64,000 bases of DNA from Botryllus schlosseri. Taxonomy: Eukaryota. The notes below the pieces were generated by a model, which was not told where the DNA came from, searched no databases, and saw nothing but the letters and a program-made list of their open reading frames with translations. The stretch spans positions 11,906,001-11,970,000 of the forward strand of contig CM119371.1 of assembly GCA_051294905.1 (NCBI GenBank), written 5' to 3'. Shown one piece after another: positions 23,701-34,721 of the stretch; position 1 is the first letter of the stretch; every line of letters begins with the position of its first letter. The translations under genes were made by a program, and so were the position numbers.

Positions 23701-26700
23701 GTCCTAATCCAATCCAAATCCGAACCTTCAAATCCAAATCCTAATCCATACCTTTTTCATATTCAAGTCCATGTCCAATCCTAATCCGATTCTAACTGAT
23801 AATTCAGAAAAAATACTAATTTATGCAATGGAGGGATTCGAAAATTTTCTTTCACAACCAACGATTCACTTGATTCAATATAACTTAGTAACCATGAGTA
23901 CATTAATAACTGATCTGAATAAAGTTTGTCGCCATTCGCCACACGACATTTCAATCTCCCAGAAAATAGGTAAATCCAATCCAAATCCTAATCCGTTCTG
24001 AAAAAAATGTCTAATCCAAATCCGACAAAATTTCACAAATCCTGTTTTTTCAAAACCTAATCCTAATCCATGCTCATCTCTGTAACCTGGCTCCGCGGCA
24101 TCTAAACAAACATTTAAAAACACAACATCCTAGTCACCAAAACAAATCAAATGCATTTTTTGAGGAATCTCTGCGTCATCAACAGAAGCAAGTTTCTTGC
24201 TTTGAAAACGAAGTAAAAGGAGTGAAAAAATAATTAGCGATCGTTTCCCTAAAAATGACTCATGTTCTACTGAAGAAAAAGCGGCCATACACAGAGTTGG
24301 AATCCGTAGTTCTTCCTTGTCTTGAAATCGCAGCTGACCATTTGCATGGAGGTGAAAAAGCTCTCAGGAAAGTAAGAGCCGTTCCATTATCAGACACTAC
24401 AGTTAAACGGAGAAGCGATGATATTTCTCAGGATTTGCTGAAACAACTAGTTGTAAAGCTTAAGGATGCCACTGCCTATCAGAGATGAGCGGATTTGAAA
24501 TTTCTATGTCCTAATCCAATCCAAATCCGAACCTTCAAATCCAAAACCTAATCCATAACTTTTTCATATTCAAGTCCATGTCCAATCCTAATCCGATTCC
24601 AACTGGAAATTCAGAAAAAATACTAATTTATGCAATGGAGGGATTCGAAAAATATCTTTCACAACCAACGATTCACTTGATTCAAGATAACTTAGTAACC
24701 ATAAGTACATTAATAACTGATCGGAATATAGTTTGTCGCCATTCGCCACACGACATTTCAATCTCCCAGAAAATAGGTAAATCCAATCCTAATCCGTTCC
24801 GAAAAAAATGTCTAATCCAAATCCAGTCCAAATCCGACAAAATTTCACAAATCCTGTTTTTTCAAAACCTAATCCTAATCCATGCTCATCTCTGCTGCCT
24901 ATGGCATACAGCTTGATGAAACGACAGATATTTCAGATGAAGCGCAATTGATTGTATATTGTAGGTTCGCTGATGCAGAAGCAGAAACTATTGTCGAACA
25001 TTTTTTGTGCTGTGTAAAAGTTGGAGTTCGTACCACAGCTCAAGCCATCTTTGGTACGTTGAATAAATTCGTTGTGGAACATACTCTCGATTGGAAAAAG
25101 TGTAGATCAGTCACTACTGACGGAGCAGCAGCCATGCAAGGTCGTACAAATGGAGTTGTTCAGAAAATTAAACAAGTCGCACCGGATTGTGTGTCAAATC
25201 ACTGCATGATACATCGAGAGGCACTTGTAGTAAAGAAATTAAACCAAGAAAAAAAGGTGGAATGTCCTCTGGAGATTGTTTTTCATGATGTTGTCAAAAT
25301 TGTAAATTTTATTCGTTCACATTCCAAGACACATAGAATGTTTTCAGATCTTTGCAAAGACATGGGAAAAGAAGTAATAAGGTTGTTATACCATACCGAG
25401 GTACGCTGGTTGTCCAGAGGAAAGGTCTTAAAGCGAGTATTTCAACTGCGGAAAGAGGTGCATTTTTTCCTGGTTCAAAAAGGGCATGTATTGGCTGCTA
25501 AATTTGAAGATATCTTTTGGGTTGCAAATCTGTCCTATTTAACTGCAATTTTAGAGACCACCAATCAGTTGAATTTATCAATGCAAGGCAGAGGATTTGA
25601 TGTATTTGAGGTTGCCAGCAAAGTTAAAGCTTTTAAATGTAAGTTGAAGTTATGGCAGAACAATGTTTCAAAATGTGATTATTCAGATTTTGAATGTTTG
25701 AACAATTTCATCAAGAACAGGAATTGGGAAACCGATAACCCAAGCCTTGAATTAAAAGTAAAGTCCACCGTACATCAGCATCTCGATGTGCTGCAGCAGA
25801 ATTTTGAAGCTTATTTTCCAGAGGACGAATATTTGGATCTTGACTCTCTATTGTGGATCGTGCAACCTTTCACAAATGAAAGGTTGGATTTGGGCAACTT
25901 GACCGGGGAAGTTATTGAACTACGATCAGATTTGGTTCAAAAGGCAAAGTTCAAACAGCTCAAAAGCTACACTGATTTCTGGGTATCACTTCTTAAAATT
26001 CCTGAGTATCAAAATCTGAGTCAAAAAGCGATTACGATTCTTGTTCGCATGCCTACGACATATCTTTGCGAGCAAGGATTTTCGGCACTAGTTCAAATTA
26101 AATCGAAAAAAAGAAATTGCATCAAGGATGTCGATATGCTTATGAGAGGAGCACTCGAAAAAAGGCTACTGCCTAACTTCGCGCAGCTGGCGTACGAAAT
26201 ACAGCAGCAACGGTCGCATTGAATGTCTGGCATTATTTTGTAATTTTGTATTTGAATGCACATTGGTCCATAAATTCGTTCGTTATATAATCATTTTCGT
26301 CAATTACAAACGCCACAAGATTGCGAGTAGTCTTTTAATGAGATCCTTTCGACTAGCTAGGCAATTTCGATAAAAAAAACATGTACAACAAATGTATTTA
26401 AAAGTGACATAACAGACATGTGTCGTTACGCTTTATCGATATATTAGATAATACGGTAATCTCGAGTCCTAATTAGTATTTAGCAGCTCCTATAGCTTGC
26501 TAATCCTTATGATAATTAGGCCCTTTACCGACTTGGGTGTTTTATATGAACAGGGGTGTACGAGTTTGGAGAAAACGTTAAAAGGGTGTACCACGTCAAA
26601 AAAGGTTGAAGAGCACTGCCATAGATCGAGGCGAGGTCCATGGTAGGAATGTTCCGTATACCATTCTGGAGGGTAATACATCAGTGTCCCGGAGTAATGA

Positions 26701-28982
26701 TGTTCCCGGGGTGTCTGAAATAGGGAATAACAATTGATTAATATACGATTCAATGTCAGAAGTGTCTATGGAAGTTAACAATTGAAGCCCGCGATAAAAT
26801 ACCAACGCTGGCGCGAGGTGTCTTCACGAAATATGGACATGATAACAAATTTATTCCTGGATTTTGAAATATCAAATTAGCTTTTGTTTGGCTTGATGAT
26901 AAATCGTCGGCCACGTACCTGCAACCTCATACCGCACCCAAAATCAATCAGCTTTGACGCAAAAGTGCGCGGATCCAGAAGTACATTTTCCGGCTTGATA
27001 TCACGATGGACTACCCCGGATTCGTGACAGTGTGAAACTGCTAGAGCGACCTGATGGAAGACGCTTCGTGCGGTATCCTCTGAGAATTCGCCGCAGTCGC
27101 ACTGCGACTGCCGAATATCGACAGCGCGGTTCGGTCTTTCCATCACGAGCACGAATTCGTCTTTTTCATCAAACCATTCAATCATACCGATGATTCCTGC
27201 AAAATTAGATGATAAGAATGGATCTGTAAGCAGTTACTTCAAGTTATTACTAGGACCTCTAGGCATAATCGAGAACCTTTAGTCATTCGATTTGAGTCGC
27301 GAGTATTAAGAAGAATAGTGTGACATTACCATGGAGTTGGTCAGTAAGCCGAACGAAGAACCGTTATTCTATCAAGTACTGAAGTAGGTTATTATTACTA
27401 CAACTAAACTCGAGCGGTACTTATTCACTTGTTCTTCTACTTCACAGTTTTGAGTTTTTTTCGGTTAAACTAGGCCGAGAAAACCTAGCTTTTCTCACTA
27501 CGTGTAAATCGGTTCTTTTATTTCTATTTTAGTCATAAATTACTTCAACTTGAGTACCAACTACGCATGCACATGCATGATCATTGATCACCTTCCTACA
27601 AGACGGTGATAAAGTTATTAGTAGCGCAATCTCGTTTATGTTGGTATCAAAAGATTCGGCACGAATCCAAGCGATAAAAATGTAGTAACGTACTTTCAAT
27701 ACGCAGTCTAGAGATCATCATAATTTACATATTGTTCCATATCGATCTCAGCTCAAGCGGCAAGTCATGAGAATCCTGGCTAATCATCAGATGGAACGTG
27801 ATCAAATCCAAATCCGTAAGATTTTCGTTATCTGCTTCCACTTGAAGTAGGTTTGACGTGTCTCGGAAATCGATTGGTCTATGATCGTAATCGAGTAAAA
27901 TGTACAACCGTACTTCTAGTAGAAGGGCTTCGCATAGACACATTGAAATACACCCGAGAATTTTCGGCTGACACTCGTCATAAGTTATCATCAGCATCTA
28001 GTAGAGAATTGGAAAGAACATGGTATATCAACAATCAACTTTTATTACTACACGAGTATGGCTACTCCTGTATACTCTGCTGAATAGGTAGGCTTACAAT
28101 CAAGGATATCCTCGCTATCACACGTATAACTGCAGCATATCGACCGTAATAAACATCAATAACTAACCTGGATGTTTCGACACAGACGCTTTGTGAAGAA
28201 GCTCGAATTCTATCGGTACCGTGCAGCCTGAAAATTGAACCCATTGAGGTACGTTGAACTTGGGTATAAATTTTAAGGCAACGGCCTTGCCGTCTGATTT
28301 CCGAGTCGCTGCAGAAATAAATGAGACGTTAGATTGATCAAATCATGTGTGAGATATTTCATTGTAAGATGTAAATTGTGAGATGCCGCAGTATTTATTG
28401 TGGGGATTCCTAGACGTACGGAACTTTGAACAATTGAATAAAAATTCATATTGTGATATATATCAATAGATTCGGCTGGATATCGTCAGGGTAATCGTCA
28501 GTAAGTAGCTGACTCTGGCAAGAGTATTGAAAGGAAAATCTTATGCATAAAAATTTGAGTCATTTAGGCGAATATTTTAAATTATTTACAAAGTCAAATA
28601 TTTCAAAATAACCGTACGCCAACACAAATGAATAATGCTCTGAAAGATAACCTAATTTCGTTAAATCGAATGTTGGAAAAGATAACTCACCAGCGTGGAC
28701 CGTGCCGCCCCCACCCGACCCAATTTCTTCTCTCTCGTCGTACAATGCCGTCCAAGGTACGCGTTCCAACATGACATCAGGTGGTATGACGGCAGGATTC
28801 AGCTCTACATGCGGCGTACGTAGTAGGCGCCTGGTGCGACGTACCACCTTTTTCTCCCTCTTCCGAACTGCCGGCGAATTTTCGCTATTCGAATCCTCAG
28901 AACTGCTGCTCATGATCAGCATTTTTCGGGGTCTGTTCACGTCGCGCGAATTACTGAGATCTGACGACAATTTCCTTTTCAT
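20759..28982 (-). CDS. PIM: PIM-family serine/threonine kinase, 4 exons; last exon interrupted by a hAT insertion (probably a null allele)
   Basis: Exons 28982-28691, 28308-28168, 27196-26919, then 26714-26619 + 20968-20759; GT-AG introns, phases 1,1,0; 338 aa when restored. Motifs IGSGGGGTV, VALK, VPIEFELL, PIM-type hinge LVMERP, HRDIKPEN, DFG, GTLMYYPPEW, DLW|GLGVLLY, HPW. Confidence 0.9.
21411..22025. mobile_element. Foldback-like palindromic MITE (arms ~300 bp) nested in the hAT element
   Basis: tagggctgttcaaaaataactttttt ... aaaaaagttatttttgaacagcccta; arms pair almost to the centre (~21715); TSD ATGCACAT/ATGCACGT (7/8). Confidence 0.88.
22620..23035 (+). mobile_element. hAT MITE, CAGAGATGAGC family, nested copy 1
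   Basis: 11-bp TIR; perfect TSD GTACCTAT. Confidence 0.95.
23673..24082 (+). mobile_element. hAT MITE, CAGAGATGAGC family, nested copy 2 (within the BED-finger codons)
   Basis: 11-bp TIR; perfect TSD TAACCTGG. Confidence 0.95.
24480..24894 (+). mobile_element. hAT MITE, CAGAGATGAGC family, nested copy 3 (just before the first catalytic Asp)
   Basis: 11-bp TIR; perfect TSD CTGCCTAT. Confidence 0.95.
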
Positions 28983-29122
28983 GACGCAAGTTTGTATAGT
29001 CAGTAAAACGATCTAATGGTGATTATGTCTGCAAACCACATAAATTTTGTTTCGATTAGCATATACGGCATATTCCTAATATTTAATAATCAGCGGTGCA
29101 ATTACCTTCATGCGCTCTAGAC

Positions 29123-31376
29123 CAGTGGTTCTCAACCTTTTTGAGCTCGCGGACCGGTAAAAATTTCAAAAAATAGTCGGCGGACCGGTGGATCTTCAAA
29201 AATTGAATAAACCCGAATTGCAATTGCGATAAAAGCATGCAACCATTTTTGGCAATGCTACTAGAGAGTGACATTTGAGGGATTAATTTGTGTTCATCAC
29301 GGCATTCATGAAATTCTGTGGTAGTGTGCCGAAGGCCTCGGATTAACCGAGTACACCAGGGGATCCCAACCCTTTTATGGTCGCAACCTCAAGACACCTA
29401 ATACCGTTTTGAAAATGTCCCGCGACCTCACCTCTCAATTTGGCGTGCTGACTACAAAAAATGGTGACCACTCCCCCCGCCCAAACCTACTCCTGGTCTA
29501 TACGGAAAGCTGACGACCATGTGCGTGTCAATCTCGTTCTCCGTCCCAGACTATATACCAATACATCGTTGTTTTGGAACTATTTCTATCTATATCGAAT
29601 CAAAGAAGTCGAATACTGCTACGTGAAATTCTGCGTCGCGCGAAATGCAGACAACAATCTATAAGTTGCTCGGCCACGCTCAAGGTTTGTTCTATTAACT
29701 CTGGTTCTGCAACTTTTACTAAAACTTCACGAAACGGTCGCTTCGCAATCTTTTGTATGACTCACGGCGCCTTACCAAATTAACGCAAACACCCATAAAC
29801 GGTGGTCTTGGTCGCCAAAGGGCGATCAATTTAATTTCTGGGAAAGAATTCTTCAGACCCCTCTTACCGCATTCGGTAATTTCAATACTACCCTTTCGCG
29901 AAGTCTTTCAGGGAGTACATTTTGTCAATAATACAGTAATTAATTTGTTGAAGCGTGTAGTTATTTCGTAAACCCAGGTAATGATTGTGGCTAATCGAAT
30001 AATATTGGAGTCGCTAACACGTACCAGACTGAAATAAAGAAAAAATCATTTTGCAATTCGCATTTTAACACTGGGAGAATTATTTCCCCCCGCGGATCGC
30101 ATTTACACCGTGCGCGGCTTAGATAAGGACTATTCCGTGACGACTATTTCAGTGCCTGAACAGATCAATACCGACGGTTCCGGCCAACATGCCGCCAGTG
30201 ATATTTTCCAGCGCACTTCTCGTGAAGTCGTTTGTTGGCAAAACCGCTCTATGTCGTAGTGTGTCGTGGCGCGGAAACGTTCAGCGCGGAAATGCCGATA
30301 ATGCAGTCACTCTTTACGCGTTCCTATAGATTAAAGTATTTCAACGGCCTTAAGCGATGCTCGCATAATTGCGAATGCAGGAAGATTCTTAAGATTTCAA
30401 TTCTGTAAATCTATGCGTATTTTGTTCCTGGGTGGGAATACGCACAATAAAATTGAGAAATGCGTAGTGAAACTAACGCGCGCAAGGCGAAACTCAAATT
30501 TAAAATTGAATAATTTAGCACTAAAATATTCTACTTTATCTTGATTAATGATATTATTTCGGCTCCCCTTGAGTTTGATTTAACAATAATTTGCCTGAAT
30601 TTTTTTAAATTCAAAAATTTAGTTTTTTTTTTCCGGATGGTTTGAATTTTTCGGAACATTTCTCGCAGACCCCAAACGAACCTCGGGACCCAGTTTGAGA
30701 ACCACTATGTTAACACATAGCACTATCGGTCACTTGTAAGGAAAACTACCATCCCATTGATTTCTAGCCTCACGACATTTGAATTTTAATAGAGGTGACC
30801 AGATGCCAACCTTACGTTAGAGTGAGTGGCGTTTTAGTATGACCCTTCGACTGAGCCGATACCTTGTTTGCCAAGTTCGCATTTTTCAGAGGTCGGTTTT
30901 TTCTATGTTGCAAAATGAACTAGAATATTCAGAAATGAACTGCCGATAGCACCCGGTTTAATGGCATTCTTGCAATGGTCATTGGTATTCAAATCCTGTC
31001 CCCGAGACTACGTAGAGTAGGTAAACGGACCCGTTGGGGTCGTGACCCCTAGGTGGGGAGCCCCGGGAATACCCAAGCTTGAATATTTTTCTTCGATTCG
31101 ATAATGTCGAGAGAAGAAGCGTTTCGGAGTCGGGACAAACACATTTGCTCATTTCCCACTACAACCAAACGTACTACGAAATGCGTAGTACGAATAAAAT
31201 GGGGATGTTTTTATTCAGTTTTAAATGTGATGTGTTGATCCTTTTATCCATTGATAAGCCGCCTTCTACTTATTTTATTTTGCAATTAAGTATAAAATTA
31301 CAAAATGTCTGGCGGACCAGCAGAATAGTCGTCGCGGACCGGCACCGGTCCGCGGACCGGCGGTTGAGAACCACTG
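29123..31376. mobile_element. Composite non-autonomous Buster-type hAT element immediately upstream of the kinase start codon
   Basis: TIR CAGTGGTTCTCAACC; perfect TSD CTCTAGAC; GCGGACCGG subterminal repeats; further hAT-like ends inside (~29357, ~30705). Confidence 0.9.
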
Positions 31377-33669
31377 CTCTAGACTAAAGCCAGTCTGACG
31401 ATCGATTGGCTGATATAATCGAGTCCATATCACACTTTGAAAGAACTATCGGTATCAGCCATTTGCGCAAAGGAAAAAGATCGTCAATTTTTCTGACTCT
31501 CAGAATGGTAGTAAGCAGTCGAATAACTATAATATGTGACCCCTAGGCTAGGGATATTGATCCATTTCATATAGCTCACGGGTGTCCAGATGAACTTTTT
31601 CGTATTTATATCAGGTCCGAGCATGGAAATGGCTGTAATGCTATTTAAATAGACTCTCTGGAGCTTTGGAAATTCATTATTATCTGGACATTATGTTTAA
31701 TATCAGCTGATCACATCGAGGAAGGTGCTGGATAATGGTTCTATCAGAATCGGTTCAAATATCCTAAATCGGTCAGGCAACGACCATGTGCGAACTATAA
31801 ATCCAACAACCTGCCCGTCCTCTATACCAATATTATTATATTAACGCCGAACATCAATATATTTAAGCCGGGACTCCAACCATATAGCAGTTGGTGCCAC
31901 AATTCGAGCAGGAGCCTGCAGATTGCGAATTGTGATACATAATTCTAGTTGCTGAGGTATAGTTTAGGAAGTCCTCAAATAACTGTGATTTGAAGTCTCA
32001 GCTCATCTTTTGAACCGCGATCGAAACCTCATGGTGACCAGATAAAGGACGTTTGGCCTATTAGATATCGACGTCAAACCTCCAAGTTCAGGGAGAGTTC
32101 GGCTCGGAAAAGTTGATGCCAATAACGTTTGGCTTTGCGTGGCGCATGACACGCTGATGTGACGATATATATATTCTCGATTTTACAACATCCTCATGTC
32201 GACAATCTAGTCTATCCTGTCCGACGTTGAACACGATTTGAGAATTGCAACCAGGTGGCGAGTGGTTGGATAATGAAAATGATTAATACCATTCTCGTTT
32301 AAGTCTCAATCATAAAATCCCTACATGCGCGATGTTGACAGTAATTCGCATAGTTTCAGGTTGTTGTCAATCGGAAGTTGAGCAGATTTTCAACCTCAAT
32401 CTTATTCAATTGAATCACCATTGCATCAATAGCCGTATAATATTATTTCAATGATCAGATGTCCAACTATTCGGACTATACGCGATTCGACTCCATGTTT
32501 TTGTCAGTGCGAGTCAACTTGGTAACAGCTTCACGAACCTCACGAACGCATATATGGACAATATTCAAGCGTATTTCATAATAATTCAACTCAGTTCATC
32601 GCTCCTCACTATGCGTAGTATTCTCAGACTGTTCGTCAGCACCAAAGTAACTGTGGGTTACTGCACACTCTACAGAAGAAATCTGATTTCTTCAGCGACA
32701 ACTCCACTCGAATCCTTTAGTTTAATAAATTTCTCCAACATTATCAAACGGTAATTACAATGGGACACGGCAGTCCCTATATGTTTATCTGAGGATGGTA
32801 TTTTAATCATCGCTCAACAAGCCCCATGCTGATTTATAGTAGACAGTTTGCGATATTGATGCGGATTATTGCGGTACTGTTATCAAAGTATAAACATTAC
32901 AGGACGTCTGCTCCGGTGTGTCTGTGAGTCTTATCAGATTTCGTTGATGTCTGAGCGCGGTCACTATTCAGAGGCGCATAAGACAGATACGACGGATTAC
33001 TTTAAAATTTCATCTCCATTGTCTGATTCAGACATCAGACTCAATTCATTTCAATTCTTATCGCTCCTGTCTCGTTGTGGGCCAGGACAATGCATATGGT
33101 ACCTCGCATCAGTAAGTCATAAGCTTGCCATTAAATTCAAAGGCGTTAAGTTGATATTATAAGTAGTTTCAAATAAATACTGAATTCGCTACTGGCCGAG
33201 TTGGACATCTAGAAAATTTCCAGCTATCCAAATTGGGATTAGAATTAAAATGATGTGAACTCAGTTTTTCTCTAGATTATATTAGAACTAGAATTGCTGA
33301 ATTTATAATATCTTTAAAATTGAATTCCATTCCGAATTACAAAGGAATACAAGAAAAAGCTCAATTCATTCAAATCAGAGTTCATTGTCACAGGCACGAG
33401 AAAGGAAAATGCTTGTACAGCAAGCTTGGCTCAATTTGCAAGATTCAGTCGTATTTTCAGTAAAACCAGAAACTTGATGAGAATTAAGAATTGAACATAA
33501 AAACATTTTAAAACTTATATTAGAATTAGATTATCGGCGTTCTGCTCGAATTTGTTTAATTATACCACTACAATGATCTAGGTTTTCGAGTTTGGATATT
33601 GTTATGACCGGTTGTCAATCATTATACGTGGGCACCGATTTGAAAGTGCCTCGCGCTATTTCTCTCATG

Positions 33670-33880
33670 ACTGCATGTCGTTCCGAAAGCATATAGGAAG
33701 GATTCGCTGTCACGAGGCACATCTTGTAAAATCTCACCTCCGGCCCTATGAATTTCGAACCCGTACCAGATAATATTGTCCTGGGTCCCACACTGTGAAT
33801 ATTTCACCACTAACAGCGCCCAAGTATACGTGAAACTTTTTCTGGAGATTTCAGCTTTAATACCGTGGTGTACATGCGAC
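33670..33880 (-). pseudogene. Possible decayed retroviral-type integrase core fragment
   Basis: Minus frame reads LKLKSPEKVSRIL...GPRTILSGTGSKF...NPSYMLSER with stops; resembles the GxPxxIxSDNGxxF and HPQxNGxxER integrase motifs. Confidence 0.3.
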
Positions 33881-34721
33881 GATGTAGCTATGTGATTTCC
33901 CCATGGCCCCAAAACAAGCATATTTGTAGCATTCCATGAAACCAAACTTCATCCCGCTGACCAAAGCATAACGCCATTTATGTACACTGTACGTGTACAC
34001 ATACCTAGTGACGACTCAGGCCACATTATACCACAATGCCGAAGTATATATATGCTGAGTTTTTAAACGTCACCAAATGTACAAAGTTGAACAATCAAAT
34101 GCTATATTAATCCCGTGAATTCAATATTTTTTTTCTCTTTCCCAACAATTTAGCCGACCACTGCGCTAGCTCGCCACGCACAAACATATTAAATGAAGAT
34201 AGATCCGCTGCGCCTGCTAGATTTTATACATCAGACAACAATGTATATGAATTTCATTGATTGGTTGAATATGCATAATCTGCTGACTACCTACAAGTAG
34301 TGTATTTCCTTCTCGATATTATGTGATTGCGGGTCAAGCTCACAGCAGAGAGTCACTAAATACTTACAAATGGAAAGCTGAATATTTCGAACAAACTTGT
34401 GACAAAGTAAAAGTTTTGAGATTAGCAAGGTGCATGCAGTTTAAGGTTGATTTGTATGCTGCCAACACCATGCAGGCTGGCCCGAAGTTGAAATGCAAAG
34501 AATTACAACCAAAGATGTTATAATGACGTGAAAATGGTAATATATGAAAAAGGTTCACAGTGCAGAACCTACCAAGGTTCGTTTGTTAACGTGAACCTCT
34601 GAATTTCTGAGGTTCGCACACAGAACGCGAACGTTAGCCTCACTTCACATCATTCCTTATACGTAGAGCACTGCTGATCCATTGTCAGGTTAAACTCCAC
34701 TCACGACGCGATCGATTAGGT

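Larger units (their letters stand above)
23348..26222 (+). pseudogene. Buster/Charlie-type hAT transposase (ZBED8/SCAND3-like), disrupted
   Basis: 23348-23672 + 24091-24479 + 24903-26222 join in one frame (677 codons plus stop) with one internal TAA at 24231. BED finger CLFC...HLKTQH; LDETTD, TTDGA, HCMIH, EVRWLSRG, TYLCEQGFS. Confidence 0.93.
20977..26618 (+). mobile_element. Full-length Buster/Charlie-family hAT transposon with four nested MITEs
   Basis: Perfect 15-bp TIR CAGTGCTCTTCAACC; perfect TSD CCATAGAT (20969-20976, 26619-26626); GGTGTAC subterminal repeats; internal transposase. Confidence 0.96.

Noticed and set aside
23673..24894. MITEs acting as introner-like spliced introns that rescue the transposase
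   Set aside because: No GT donor at the + strand start and no frame-preserving splice pair found; an independent TAA at 24231 also breaks the ORF.
22724..24916. Repeated 76-112 aa ORFs MSNPNPIPT... as a small gene family
   Set aside because: They lie within the three MITE copies; the NPNP pattern comes from CCTAAT/CCAAAT subterminal repeats.
20977..26618. The hAT element being spliced out as a kinase intron
   Set aside because: Only a weak GTGCTC donor near the start, and no polypyrimidine tract before an AG at the far end on the minus strand. RNA-seq would be needed to exclude it fully.
31400..33200. Decayed LINE endonuclease or host exons
   Set aside because: Only scattered weak motif resemblance and no sustained reading frame.
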